Assembly: GCF_006345805.1 (NCBI RefSeq) | Contig: NC_043012.1 | Location: 18,724,001 to 18,788,000 of the forward strand | Reading direction: 5' to 3' | DNA length: 64,000 nt | Source of the DNA: Octopus sinensis | Taxonomy: Eukaryota | Part shown: one piece after another, positions 41,205 through 53,346 of the stretch | Numbering within the stretch: position 1 is the first letter of the stretch | Layout: each line of letters opens with the position of its first letter | Notes under the pieces: model-generated | Database searches by the model: none | Told to the model about the DNA's origin: nothing | What the model saw: the letters and a program-made list of their open reading frames with translations, nothing else | Position numbers and translations under genes: made by a program

Positions 41205-41600
41205 TTGCCACTCGTAATAGAATGAGTACTCGTGGAATGTCCCGGTGAAGACTTCAAGAAAATGTAAGAACAACAGACTTGAAATAATGATTTGGATTAG
41301 AGAAGAGAAACTGCGCACAGTTTTGGAAATAAGCTGCCCAGCGGATGTTAACATAAAGCTGAAGATCAGTGAACAAGAGAATTCCTACGCAGAACTATTC
41401 AGAGATTTGCAGTTACTCTATCCAGTTTACAAGTTCAGGTTTATACATGTTCTTATTGGCGTCCTGCGATATGTAACACACTGCCTCATTATCAAACATC
41501 TGAGAAATTAGGCTTCTCAAAACCAGATAGGAGAAATCTAATTGGGAGTCTACAGATCCAATCCATCACCAGAACTGTAAAACTTTTCAGAAGTTAATCA
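41205..41600 (+). mobile_element. RLE-clade non-LTR retrotransposon 3' fragment (restriction-like endonuclease), family distinct from the Dong-like copies
   Basis: Translation WNVPVKTSRKCKNNRLEIMIWIREEKLRTVLEISCPADVNI...LIGVL fits the W..P....NRPD....E.SCP...K.Y...IG.LG layout of RLE domains. Confidence 0.7.
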
Positions 41601-41874
41601 TTTAAATATATATGACCATGTTTAGATATGAGAATACATACAGAATGTATGAAAATACATACAGAAAGCAAAGCATACAAATCTGCACATACGTACATAC
41701 ATACATACATAATACATTCATACATACACACATACATGCATACATACCCGGTTTTGATGTTGACATTCCAATGAAGGAGGCCTGAATCTAGGTTAGAGAC
41801 CGGCTCTTTCTTTATTGGCAAAAATATCTTGAAATATAACTGAACAATGACATACATATTTTTATCTCATAACT

Positions 41875-41925
41875 TTTCCTTGTTTCAGTCATTTGACTGC
41901 GGCATTGCTGGGGTACAGCCTTCAA
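41875..41925 (-). mobile_element. SINE family B 3' tip
   Basis: cttgtttcagtcatttgactgcggc is the reverse complement of the 39255-39280 tail. Confidence 0.75.
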
Positions 41926-41934
41926 GACATTTCC

Positions 41935-42044
41935 GATTTATATTCGAAAAGGACATACCAAAACTAGATGATCATTAAAAGTAAAATAATTGTAAGAATT
42001 TATGTCTGTACGCATGTATGTATGTATGTAGGTATGTATGTATG

Positions 42045-42125
<81 letters not shown>
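41935..42125 (+). repeat. 71-bp leader plus compound (ATGT)n(ATCT)n microsatellite, copy 2
   Basis: See 37688; 5 mismatches in 71 nt. Confidence 0.88.
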
Positions 42126-42128
<3 letters not shown>

Positions 42129-42164
42129 ACCACAGACACACCTGCGCCTATCGTTCTTTCGTTT

Positions 42165-42345
42165 CCTCTCTTACTTTTCCCAGTGATTAGACTGCGCCCA
42201 TACTGGGACAACGCCTCGAAGAAACTTTTTTTAGTGGAATTAATCAACTCCTGAACGCATTTTTGTTAATCAAGGGACATATATTATATCGGACTGTTGT
42301 CGAACTGCTAAATTATGGGAACACGAACACCCCAACACCGGTGGT
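42165..42345 (-). mobile_element. SINE family B 3' half, degenerate
   Basis: cagtgattagactgcgcccatactgg...gtcgaactgctaaattatggg...caacaccggt matches the reverse complement of the family B tail. Confidence 0.65.
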
Positions 42346-42429
42346 GGGGTCAAACACAGTCACATCTACTAAAACTTCTTACCACACAGCCACGCCAGCG
42401 CCTATATATATATATATATATATATATAA

Positions 42430-42628
42430 ATGTGACCGCGAGTGTACCGTTGGCAATGTTTTTCCTCCATCTTCCCTTCTTTGGATCTTTCTGTTCTTAT
42501 GTTTCTGACGAAGAGCTCCGCTCGAAACGTTAAAATCTCCTTCTTTCCTAATTTCCTGAGCGTACAATAACACTATACTTGTTCTGCGTCTCAAGTTTTT
42601 GCGTTTCTCGATGTTTTCAGGTTTGGAT

Positions 42629-42632
<4 letters not shown>
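42430..42632 (+). mobile_element. PLE-type short repeat between two (TA)n tracts, carrying a hammerhead-like motif
   Basis: Homologous to 21290-21460 (-) and 14345-14507; (TA)n on both sides. Confidence 0.75.
42501..42536 (+). ncRNA. Minimal type I hammerhead-like motif
   Basis: gttt-CTGACGA-a-gagc-tcc-gctc-GAAA-cgtt-aaaat: intact core, 4-bp stem II, AACGUU palindrome, weak stem I. Confidence 0.62.
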
Positions 42633-42671
<39 letters not shown>

Positions 42672-42774
42672 TATATATACTACTATATATATATATACAT
42701 ATTATATATATAGTTAGATAGATATAGATTAGATATATATGTTATTTTAAGCGTATATATATAAGCATATATAT

Positions 42775-42844
<70 letters not shown>

Positions 42845-43155
42845 TTACGTATCCAGTCAGCTAACCGTTCTTCTGTATAATTACATACTAGAGTACTTTC
42901 TTAAAATATCTGACTGAAGTTTGGTCCCTAGAGTAAAAAGACAGCACGTTTATTGAAAAGCTAAAATGTTTGACTCTTACATGTATTCATCTAACGAAAA
43001 TGTGTTTTTCACATACGTTTTTTTCTACAATAAAATCACGTCTCAAACTGCTGTAACGAACCACAACCCATCTCTTGTTATTTGCACATACACACAAACA
43101 CACACGACTTTCTGATAAAGTTTAGTTTTTAAACTTTTATATACATACATGCATG

Positions 43156-43189
<34 letters not shown>

Positions 43190-43191
43190 CA

Positions 43192-43224
<33 letters not shown>

Positions 43225-43231
43225 TTATTTT

Positions 43232-43497
43232 TTCACGGTCGGAGGATCGCGGTTTCGATTCCCAGACCAGGCGTTGTGTGGGTTTATTTAGCGAAAACAG
43301 CCAAAGCTCCACGAAGCTCCAGCAGGGGTTGGTGGCGATCCCTGTTGTACTCTTTCGCGCCAATTTTCTCTCACTCTTTCCACCTATTTCTTGAGTAATG
43401 CTGCGATGGAATGACGTCCTGTCAAACTGAGAGAAGACAAACGCCATAGAAACCGGGCCTATGAGCCTGGCTAGGCTTTGAAAGGGCGCATAAATAA
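43232..43497 (+). mobile_element. tRNA-derived SINE, 5'-truncated, further family
   Basis: cacggtcggaggatcgcGGTTTCGATTCCcagacc B box; similar head to 39591; GC-rich body ending gggcgcataaataat. Confidence 0.65.
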
Positions 43498-44653
43498 TAT
43501 ATATATATATATATATATACATATATGTGTGTGTATATATATATATATATATACATATATATGGTATCTTGAGTGACTAGAGCAAATGATACACCATATA
43601 TTCATTTTATATTCTGTTGAACTATTTGCACAGGAAACGATTATGGAAGACATTGACATTGTATACCGAGGCAGAAGGAAAAGGAAAAAGTCATGGTGCA
43701 CAGTTTACAGTTCGTCGGAACAGCTCAGATATTTCATCATGGTTATTGTTGCTTTTGTTAAATGATAGGAAATGGAAATATCCCAGAAATTGCAAAGCAT
43801 CCTTGAAAGATTACCAATCTTATGTAGGCAAATTAATGTGGCCATTTACAAGATCATTATAGGCTTATGTATGACTGACTTGAATTGACATCATGTCTAA
43901 ACCGACATATCTACGAAAAAAGTAACTCTACTCGAAACACAATCAAATAAATGCTGTAAGCAAATATAGCTTCAAATACAGGTGTGGGTCTGTTGATGAC
44001 TAATACTCCCTTGTCGTATTTAACAAGAAATAGCGTTAATTGTGAAGGAAAGCATGTCACATATTTCTAAACAGATCCCATGAAAATCTTTCTCATTGTA
44101 TTTCTATTCTTCCGATACTGGGGAAATTTTCCCCAGTTTTTCACCCCTACCTGCTTTTGGTTTTCATTATGATTTTCGTGGATTCTGACTGAACCCGTTT
44201 AGAATTAGGTCTCCGGCTAATTTCTTTTCAAGAGTTTCATTCCTTTGACAGGATTTTATATTTAGATCCAATAGATCACATTTCCTACAAAGACAGCACG
44301 TCGAGTGGTGACCAACTTGGGCTTCGAGCATTTATGCTCCGACCAGTAGAGGCAAATTTCATTTCTATATATATATATATATATATTTCTTAAAAATACA
44401 GAACATTATTATGGACTGAAAAATAAGTCACTGTATTACCATGAATAGAATAATGAACTTCTTCGACATCTACGTATGCTCACTCGAAGTGTGAGTAATA
44501 AAAATAAAATAAAAGAATAAACACACGTTAAAAGAAATGCTGATATATTTGGGCAAGGATATGATAGGTAGACTGTTTAACATTCATTATGCATACATAG
44601 ATAAATGCATATATACATATATATATATATATATATAAATGTCCATATCTCTC

Positions 44654-44686
<33 letters not shown>

Positions 44687-44864
44687 ATATTAGGGAATAA
44701 ATCCAAATTTCCAGGGAAAAATCAGATTTAGGATTAAATCCAATTTTATAGTAAAATATTATAAAATATTATTAGAGACAAAGCCACTATTTTGCAAAAC
44801 AAACAAGGAAAGACTTAATCAATACATAAAATTTTATCCATATCTCTGTATATATATATATGTG

Positions 44865-44953
<89 letters not shown>

Positions 44954-45429
44954 TCTTCAGCTTTATTAAATGTATATTGTATGTAAAGAGGGAGAAATAT
45001 CAGTATATGGAAATAAAAGAACATAGTCATTCATCAAGCTGGATATATTCCCATATATACGTCTATACATATATGTATACACATACACACTCATACGTAC
45101 ACACACACACATACAGAGACAGAAAAGAATAGCTGCTCAGCTAATAGGACAGAATTATTGGTATAAAAAGGATAGTGTAATATATCCTAATGTATTGCAA
45201 AAATGAACCGAAATTAATTGCAGGTTCGGACGGAACTTGGTTAGTAATTTATGGCTTTTTGCTCCACAGACATTAAGACGCACATCCACACACGCAGACA
45301 CAAATGCATCCCCATACTTCTATATAACATTTTATGGCCTTCCATAAAAAATAAAACAATAAGACAAAATACATATATATTCATATGTGTATATTTATAT
45401 CTATATACACATATATACGTATATTTGTA

Positions 45430-45485
<56 letters not shown>

Positions 45486-46134
45486 CATACATACATATAG
45501 ATATAGATATAGATATAGATAACTAGATATATAGACAGACAGATCGATAGCTAGCTAGATGGAGAGATGTGTGCATACATGTATCTGTATGTAAGCGTGT
45601 ATTTAAGTATATCTGTATATTACTAACTTTTATTCGTCTGTTTTCGTACAATTATAGATTATACACTTATTACCTCAGATCCAACACAGTACATATTTTC
45701 TGTAATATACTTTTGAAAGATCTGTTTGAATACACACACAGAAATACACCCACACACTCCCACACACACACATTCATTTATATTTAGAGCGATATATCAT
45801 ATATATCAGCATACACTCGTGTGTACGCGCCGGTTTGTAGTCACAATTCGTTATATCTATGAATCATATTTTCAAAACTATTAATAAAGTGTATAGTAAG
45901 AAGGTTGCAAACACTGCAGGAAGACCTTCCTTTGGAAACGCAATAAAAGTTGTATTTGTATTCTTTTCCACAATAGACAGTTTTACGGTAGTTTAACTAT
46001 TTCATTTATAGCGGGGCGATATTTTAAATGATAATATAATGAACCGAATGACTGAAATATACTGCCTCATATAGTTTATTGACATCAATTTTTTGATACT
46101 ACCATTGCCATACTTCCTAAAAGATATACGCTAG

Positions 46135-46143
46135 TTATTATTA

Positions 46144-46206
<63 letters not shown>

Positions 46207-46225
46207 GTTGTTGTTGTTGTTGTTG

Positions 46226-46303
<78 letters not shown>
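46135..46303 (+). repeat. (TTA)n microsatellite with (TTG)n interruption
   Basis: Directly visible. Confidence 0.97.
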
Positions 46304-46304
<1 letters not shown>

Positions 46305-46411
46305 AACTACTAGGTGCACCCGTGACAAATTCACGGAAAATTAAAAAAATGTAAGCATCTGTAAATTGTGTGCTGGTGCCAAGAGAAATGTTCCTATATT
46401 GTGACAGTTAA

Positions 46412-46628
46412 AGGCGGAGAGCTGGCAAAATCGTTAGCACACCGGGCGAAATACTTAGCGGTATTTCGTCTGTCTTAACGTTCTGAGTTCAAATTCTGCC
46501 GAAGTTGACTTTGCCGTTCATCCATTCGGTGACAATAAATTAAGTACCAGTTGTGTACTGTCGTCGATCTAATCGATTGACCCCCTCCCCACTAAAAGTG
46601 TTGGTACTTGTGCCTACCGTAGAAAAGG
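46412..46628 (+). mobile_element. SINE family A, near full length
   Basis: ggcggagagctggcaaaatcgttagcacaccgggcgaaatacttagcgg...taaattaagtaccagttg...cttgtgcctaccgtagaaaagg. Confidence 0.92.
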
Positions 46629-46829
46629 TATACTGAGCCTGATACATAATATAGAGAGAAGTGTAAAACCGATAATTACGCAAACGTAAATAAATCTACT
46701 ATTTAGCGTTAAAATATATTGTACATATTCATAGAACCTTCTTGGTTTAGTGGTAGGGAACATTTTCCTCGTATTTTTTATTCTTTTACGTTATTTCGCT
46801 CTCACTTTCTCTTTCACATTCTCTGAGAG

Positions 46830-47430
46830 AGGTAGAGAGAGAGAGAGAGGGAGGGGGAGACAGTTGACGTCAGGAATCTGAGTGGCGGAGAGGTATTTGT
46901 TAGTATCAAAGAAAGGGAGAAAATAGAATTAATATTTTTTATTATTTTGTTCGGTTTATGTATTCAATATTTCCAAATTATTCCGTGCATTACTTGATAC
47001 AAGAAAAATGTAGAAAGAGAAACAAAACGGTTTTAATCGAAAGCCACAAATTGTGTTTTTTGGGGTTGAGGGGAAACTTTATATTTAAAACAAATTTTTT
47101 AGCTGAGGTGTAATCTGATAATTATAACAAATTCAAAATTTAAATTTCGGAACAAAAGTCTGTCTATGTTATCTGGTGTATAGCCGAATTCAAATCTGTA
47201 TGTGTGGTTGGGCCTTTAATATCCCAGGGGTCAATTTCATTTCGATCTTAGAATTGAAATACCTATCAGCCACTCGGTTTCATGTCGTCGTCTCTCTCTC
47301 TCTCTTTCTCTCTCATTACCTCTCTCGCTTGCTTGACACGCGCATCAAATTGAAGTATCTTAATTTTCTTATTAAGGTTGTTGCTGCTTCGATCGCCCAG
47401 TAGGCATGGGTGTTGACATATAGGTAAGAC
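46830..47430 (+). promoter_or_regulatory. Candidate promoter / first non-coding exon
   Basis: (GA)n tract, perfect CRE TGACGTCA at 46865-46872, (CT)n tract, local CpG enrichment and a strong donor AG|GTAAGA at 47423/47424. Confidence 0.25.
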
Positions 47431-47671
47431 AACACATAGGTAGCGGTTTCGAGAGACATAGTTATTTTTTTATTATTTATGCAACAAAATTTATTTCAAC
47501 AATTTCTTTCTCTTAATCGTGACACACGCGTCAGGTACGTGCAAAAAACAAATTGGCGTATTAATATTATTGATAATCGTAATAATAACTTGTAGCGCGA
47601 TGCTAGGTTTTCTTTCTTTTCCAACTGTCTAAGCCGGTGTTTGAATATGAGAATAATAATAATAATTATAA

Positions 47672-48060
47672 TTGCAAAATTTCGTGGGATGCAATAATGA
47701 TTCAATGTGACCACTTGATTACAGGATAGAGAACTGAAATTATTGTTGTGAACAAAAAACAAAAACAAACTTGCAGGATGATTGACGCACCATGTCTCGG
47801 TGAAAACAAAATCAAAGTAAATGAAGAAGAAACCTGGAATATACGGAGGTTGTGAACAATAGAGAGAGTGGACGCGATAGCAGATATAATTGGTGCGTTT
47901 GGAAGTGTCCTCACTCCATTACAAACATGGCTCAAAGAGATCGGTGCAAATGTAAAGATAGAAATCTCCAAAAACATCATAGTATAATAGTTGTTCTCAC
48001 AAAGTTCTTGAAGCATGATCAGTAAACAAGTTTCACCTTAGTCTGCTGACTGACACCTTC
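47672..48060 (+). mobile_element. R4/Dong-type RLE 3' fragment, degenerate
   Basis: WD..IQCDHLI...EIIVVNKK...MID.PC....IIGAFG...WLKEIG...KVLEA* followed by a short 3' UTR; preceded by a short TAA run. Confidence 0.75.
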
Positions 48061-48977
48061 AATCACACACAGGAAAATAGCTGGATGATCTCATGAAATA
48101 ATAATAATAGATAGTAACACCAACTACAGCAGCGATAATAATTATATATATATATATACCTCTCTATGATTGAATGTACATAAATATTTATTCTTTTATA
48201 CAGAAGCGTTAACTTACGTTGTAAATTCGTTGGCATAAAATGCGAATTATTTTGTGAGATTAATCGCTTTAAAACAGTATCAAGAATGTTATTATATAAA
48301 TCACAAATACCAAATTCCATGATCTATATTTGAGCCAATCTACAGAGAATATCATCAATATATAAACAATAAATATTCATCCGATGGCATTTCTGCTATT
48401 TTAGTGATAATTAATTATTCTTTGGAATATTAGTTCTCCATCAAATTTATGGAATTATTATTTGTCTGTCGTCTAAGGCAACTTACATTAATTTTCCTTC
48501 ATATACCGCTGATATGTTGAAATGACTAAATTACTCCTGTCGAGTTGTCAAGTCTCAAGACATTGCTTGCTGCTTTTTACCAATTCAGTGCTTTGCCCAA
48601 GGTCTGAATGTGAATAAATGTAATTGTACACACTAGTAGATTATGAAGAGAAAATTAAAATATTCCAGTACAACATTATGTCATATCCTCCAAAATGGAC
48701 CTACTAAAAGTACGTGAGAGAAGTTTTAAATATTGTATTTGTATTTAAGATTAATCTTCCCGGTAATATAATTCGCATTACTCTGTCAAATGTAATTCAA
48801 TAAATGTATAGTACAGCATTACCACCCTACTCAGTGTAAGAATAAATATAGTCATTGATCAACAGAGTATTCGGTTGAGAAAGATATTCTGCAATGTGCA
48901 AACATAGATTGAAGCTGCAAGTTATATGATGTAAAAATAGTATATTAATGAGCGGTTTGTTGGACTTAATTATGAAT

Positions 48978-49036
<59 letters not shown>

Positions 49037-49523
49037 TATGTAAACATATATATAGTCACTTGTGTCATTGAGGTATAGCGGACGCTTCTGTGTTAAGGGT
49101 GGTGTCAGACTGATTTTAAAATATCTCCATGCGAAAGCGCAGTTTACCAGTTTACTCCTGCTGTTGTTTTCCTTCGAAGCTTTCACCAGCAAAAGCCTCC
49201 TATCGTTCAGAGATCTTGCAAAAAGGATTCATATCTGACAAAATTTGTTTAGGTACAAATCTATGTCTTCGCGAGAATATTAAGTGCTTGATCTACCGTA
49301 AGTTGATTTGCAGCATATATACATTTAAATATTCGCACAAGTGCTTAGAAAATTTCTTTTCGTAACGCAGGAAGGCATACTATTATGTTTCATATGAATT
49401 GTTTAGACCTGAGATTATCACAACAACATTTATCCTATTATTTTCAGTATAGACCCCCTAAACCATTGCTATAAAATGTACAAATTTAGAACTAAGATCC
49501 CAAGTCATTCAGCTTTCAGTTTG

Positions 49524-49572
<49 letters not shown>

Positions 49573-49575
49573 CTA

Positions 49576-49612
<37 letters not shown>

Positions 49613-51391
49613 TTCCACGCATGCTACACATTCGTTAATGCAGGTAACATGTAAGTTATACACCAGGGTCATTTTTATACAATCTCATTCACGTACAAAA
49701 TATTTCCGTCTTCTATACGGATTTCTCAATTTACTTGAAGCAGGTACTAAGGGCATTAAAGTGAGGGTTTATATTTTTGTCTATGATGTTACAAAACGAC
49801 GTGAATGTGTATAAAGTCAGTTATAATCTACATCCATAACTGAAGAACAGATTAGTTTCTGCTTATAAGTTAGGAGTAAAATACTGGGATTTCATAACAT
49901 TTCGACATTATTCAATTGATACTCACATGAATTAAATTAGCATTATCAATATGATGTAAGATTTGTAATTCAATCGGCCGGTTTCATGGTATGTACGTAT
50001 ATACAATCGTATGGAAGGCTGAAATGCCCAGGCTACAAAAGTCTCAGCTTTGTTTCAAAGGACTTTATCTTCCATTATTTTATTAATATCTCCCTCTGCT
50101 AACTTGATATATTTCTCACATATATATACAATAATTAATATCACACAGGTGCTGGATTCACACCTTTACAAATGCACAAAGGATAATTTTATAACAGCAG
50201 TTTGTAAACACTTGCAATTAGATAAATTTTCAAGTAGTAAATATATTATATATCATCAAATTTCCAAAAACGTTTGTATTATCCAATGTATGATATATGT
50301 GCTACGCATGATATATTTGCATTGCTGATTGGGCGTTTTTCTAATAATTGTTTTAAATATAACGAGGTTATTGCTCATTTATCGAATATTTATTTAAATT
50401 ATGAATAATCGTAAAACGAAGTTTCATGGGGGTCTAGTCTGACATTTTAACAAAAGTTAATAAATTACAAGAGTAATATTAAAACATTTTTAGTTTTGTT
50501 GCCAGAACATGCATTTAAGGAGCATGTACAATAGGAAATTAATTGTGAAAGATATAAATTTTAGTAAAACATATTTCATGAAACATTCTAATTATAAGAA
50601 GATATCTCAAGCAACATCTCTTTCAGCAGATATTTAATAAAATCCCAAAAGTAATTGTCATTTCGAATTTATCAGATGTAAATAAGGGATTCAAGTGAAT
50701 GGACATTATAAATTCATAGCTTTATATAAGATATTATGTATATATTGGATGAATGCAATATTGTATTTTAAAAACTGGCAATGAAATTATTATCCCAATA
50801 AATATTAATGTAATATCATGCTTAGGCTTTATATAATATCATCTGCATAGGCAATACTTGACAACCTTCTCCCACAACGATCCATTAGAACTTACTTCTA
50901 TATCCAGAGGCTACACTTGAGTGGTTGGGTTTTAATATCTTTCATATAATCCATATATAATGTTGGACGAAAACGCAGGTGGTGACAGTTAAAATGATTC
51001 ACACAATAGCTTAATATATGTTTAACAAACACTCATGGAAAAAGGGCTTAAGCGAATATCTGCTGAAATAAGATGTAATATATGGATACACACATGCTTA
51101 CCATCCACAAGTGGGTGGGGAGGGAGATAAAGAGAGAAAGATCTATGTATCAGTAGGCGGAGAGGTGCATCAGTCATTATTGAAGTTTTCTGTTATCGAG
51201 GCAACCAGATATAATCACTCAAATATTGAAATCAGTGTCACCCAACAAAAAAGTGCCTATTAATTATTCTTTAGTTTATCTCCCTACTATCCAATATATA
51301 AACATACATATATATATATATATGTGTGTGTATCTGGGTGTGTGAATCTGTGGTGTGTGTATGTGTGAGTTTGTCTATGTATGTACATGCA

Positions 51392-51435
<44 letters not shown>

Positions 51436-51436
<1 letters not shown>

Positions 51437-51798
51437 TAGCGGTATCACCCGGTGTTGCTTGGGTTTGTTTCCACCCTTTAGAATCGAAATTTTTGAAAAG
51501 TAAAAATTGTGCATTATGCAACTTCTTATTCTCTTCAAGTGAACAATTTTCCAGTTGAAATACACCGAAAAATGGTGACACAACAGTTAAAGATCGTAAA
51601 AAAATAGGGATTTTCATAGCAAAAAGCACCTTTTTGACGTAAATAATTTTTGGTGTTAACATGGTCCGATTTGAATTTTATCTTCTATCACACTCTCAAA
51701 TTTGGTCAACTTGCGCTGCTGGGTATCGAAGGAGATAGTGTTAGTTGAAGGCTACCAAACCTGCAACACACAGACAACTTCAGCTTTACATATATAGA
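51436..51798 (-). mobile_element. Complete non-autonomous Helitron-type element (363 bp)
   Basis: Minus strand reads A|TCTATATATG...cccaagcaacaccggg (imperfect GC hairpin) tgatacc g CTAG|T: TC 5' end, CTAG 3' end, subterminal hairpin and A/T target. Confidence 0.85.
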
Positions 51799-51849
51799 TT
51801 TGCTACACACAACTTGCCAACCTTAATAATGAAACTTGGTAGATCCAAA

Positions 51850-51918
51850 AGTTAAACACACATACACACACACACAGATACACACACATACACACAAGTT
51901 GATTTATATATATATAGA
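51850..51918 (-). mobile_element. Helitron-type 5' end fragment
   Basis: Minus strand A|TCTATATATATATAAATCAACTTGTGTGT...tttaactt; same 5' end as the 52506 copy. Confidence 0.6.
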
Positions 51919-51919
51919 T

Positions 51920-52506
51920 TTCTCAACGGGGATTTCAGGGGAGGGTTTCAGGGAGTCGCTGGTGATGTATCGTGACGATCATAAATCCGGCCTGCTAAAA
52001 TTTGGTTAAAGTGATTCAAGCTGCAGCCTCAACGCAAAATGGTCACATTTAATTCAAAGCGTTAAAAAGGTTATGAGAACAATTGGTATGTGTTCACAAA
52101 GTCCAACGATTAATACGAAAAAGCCCTTCCGGCTACATCCCGAAAATTAATTTCTTTGCCGAATTTCTACAATGTTTACGGCGATTCGTTTTTATATCTT
52201 GATTTTTTTTATTTTTCATGCAATTTACGCATGCTAGCACGCGTGGTGAACACAGTTCACGTCAAACAGCTGACTGAGTAAAGTTCACTATTCAGTACAT
52301 GGGATAATGCCTAAACAAACAGATTATCGATTTTTGCACTTGCGAATTGAATTTCGGAACAATTTTCATTCGCCTAAACTTTAAGTGACCCATTTTTGGT
52401 GGTTCTACGATTTGTTGGCTAGGAGGAGATGTGCCAGGAAGTTAAAAACACAGACACACACACATATACACACACAGACACACAAGTTGAGTTTTATATA
52501 TATAGA
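51920..52506 (-). mobile_element. Helitron-type non-autonomous element, 5' end plus body, no own CTAG end
   Basis: Minus strand A|TCTATATATATAAAACTCAACTTGTGTGT(CTGTGT)n...tctcctcc...caaaaatgggtcac. Confidence 0.6.
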
Positions 52507-52544
52507 TATCCTCTGGAAGTGTTTTGGTTTCTTTCATCATCTAG

Positions 52545-53290
52545 AAACCACCGATATTTAGGGACCTTTGGAGGGGGAAGGTCTCAAGAAAGAAATAGGA
52601 CGGAGATTGGCGTGTGGTGAAGGTTGTATAAAGGAAGAGGAGAATAGCCTGGCTTGGTATGCCAAGGGGAGTAAAAAAGAAATGATTGAAACAGTGAAAA
52701 TGCAGGGAACCTTAAAAGTGAACGATGCCGCAGCTCCAACACGAATTAAAAAAGACCAGAAAGTGCAGATGAGGAAAATTAGGGAGGACAAGAAAATGCA
52801 GTTTAGGTCTTCAAGAATGAAGATGAGCTTGATTGGAATAGAACCTAGCAATGGCTGCAGAACGGAGATTTAAAAGGCCACACCGTGGCATTAGTGTGCA
52901 TCGCTCAAGGGCGAGCTCTCAGAACAAACTACTCCAAATATCAAACGGATGTCTTTCTTCCCCAGAAGGGACTAAACGTAGAGGGGGCAATACTGGTCAG
53001 GCAAATGGATAAAGCCAATTACATCGACTTCAGTGCATAACTGGTACTTATTTAATCGACCCTGAAATGATGAATGACAAAGCCGATCTCGGCGGAATTT
53101 GAGCTCAAAACGTAACGGCAGACGAAATACCTCTAAGCTTTTAGCCCGGCGTGCTAACGGTTCTGCCAGCTCACCTAATATCATACTGATAAAATCACTG
53201 ACTCGACACAGTGTAGGATGAGCTCTGAGAAGGGAGAAAGTATAAACCATATTGTATTGTTTCTTTGAATGACAGGAGAAGGCACTACTT
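52545..53290 (+). mobile_element. Old R4/Dong-type fragment (post-RT region to CCHC knuckle), split by a SINE
   Basis: GGGR.L...EEENSLAWY...QWLQNGDLKGHT...AQGRALRTNYSKY|HTDKITDSTQCRM..EKGESINHIV reads continuously once the SINE is removed. Confidence 0.85.
52944..53176 (-). mobile_element. SINE family A inserted in the R4/Dong fragment, 7-bp TSD aatatca
   Basis: TSD at 52937-52943 and 53177-53183; the body is the reverse complement of the 40068 copy. Confidence 0.9.
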
Positions 53291-53346
53291 GAAACCTTTG
53301 TTGATTTGTTATTGCATTCTTTCAAGTAAATAACAACCTATAATTA

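Noticed and set aside
43630-43760. Peptide EDIDIVYRGRRK after a cag acceptor, reminiscent of the Dim1/TXNL4 C-terminus
   Set aside because: Only about 6 residues match and flanks do not; no upstream exons.
44305-44350. Minus-strand hammerhead look-alike ctggtcg-gagcat-aa-atgctc-gaag...gtc
   Set aside because: Several core mismatches and no stem I pairing.
47406-47423. MGVDI, matching the N-terminus of ribosomal protein L18
   Set aside because: Followed immediately by an in-frame TAG, and no further RPL18 exons were found.
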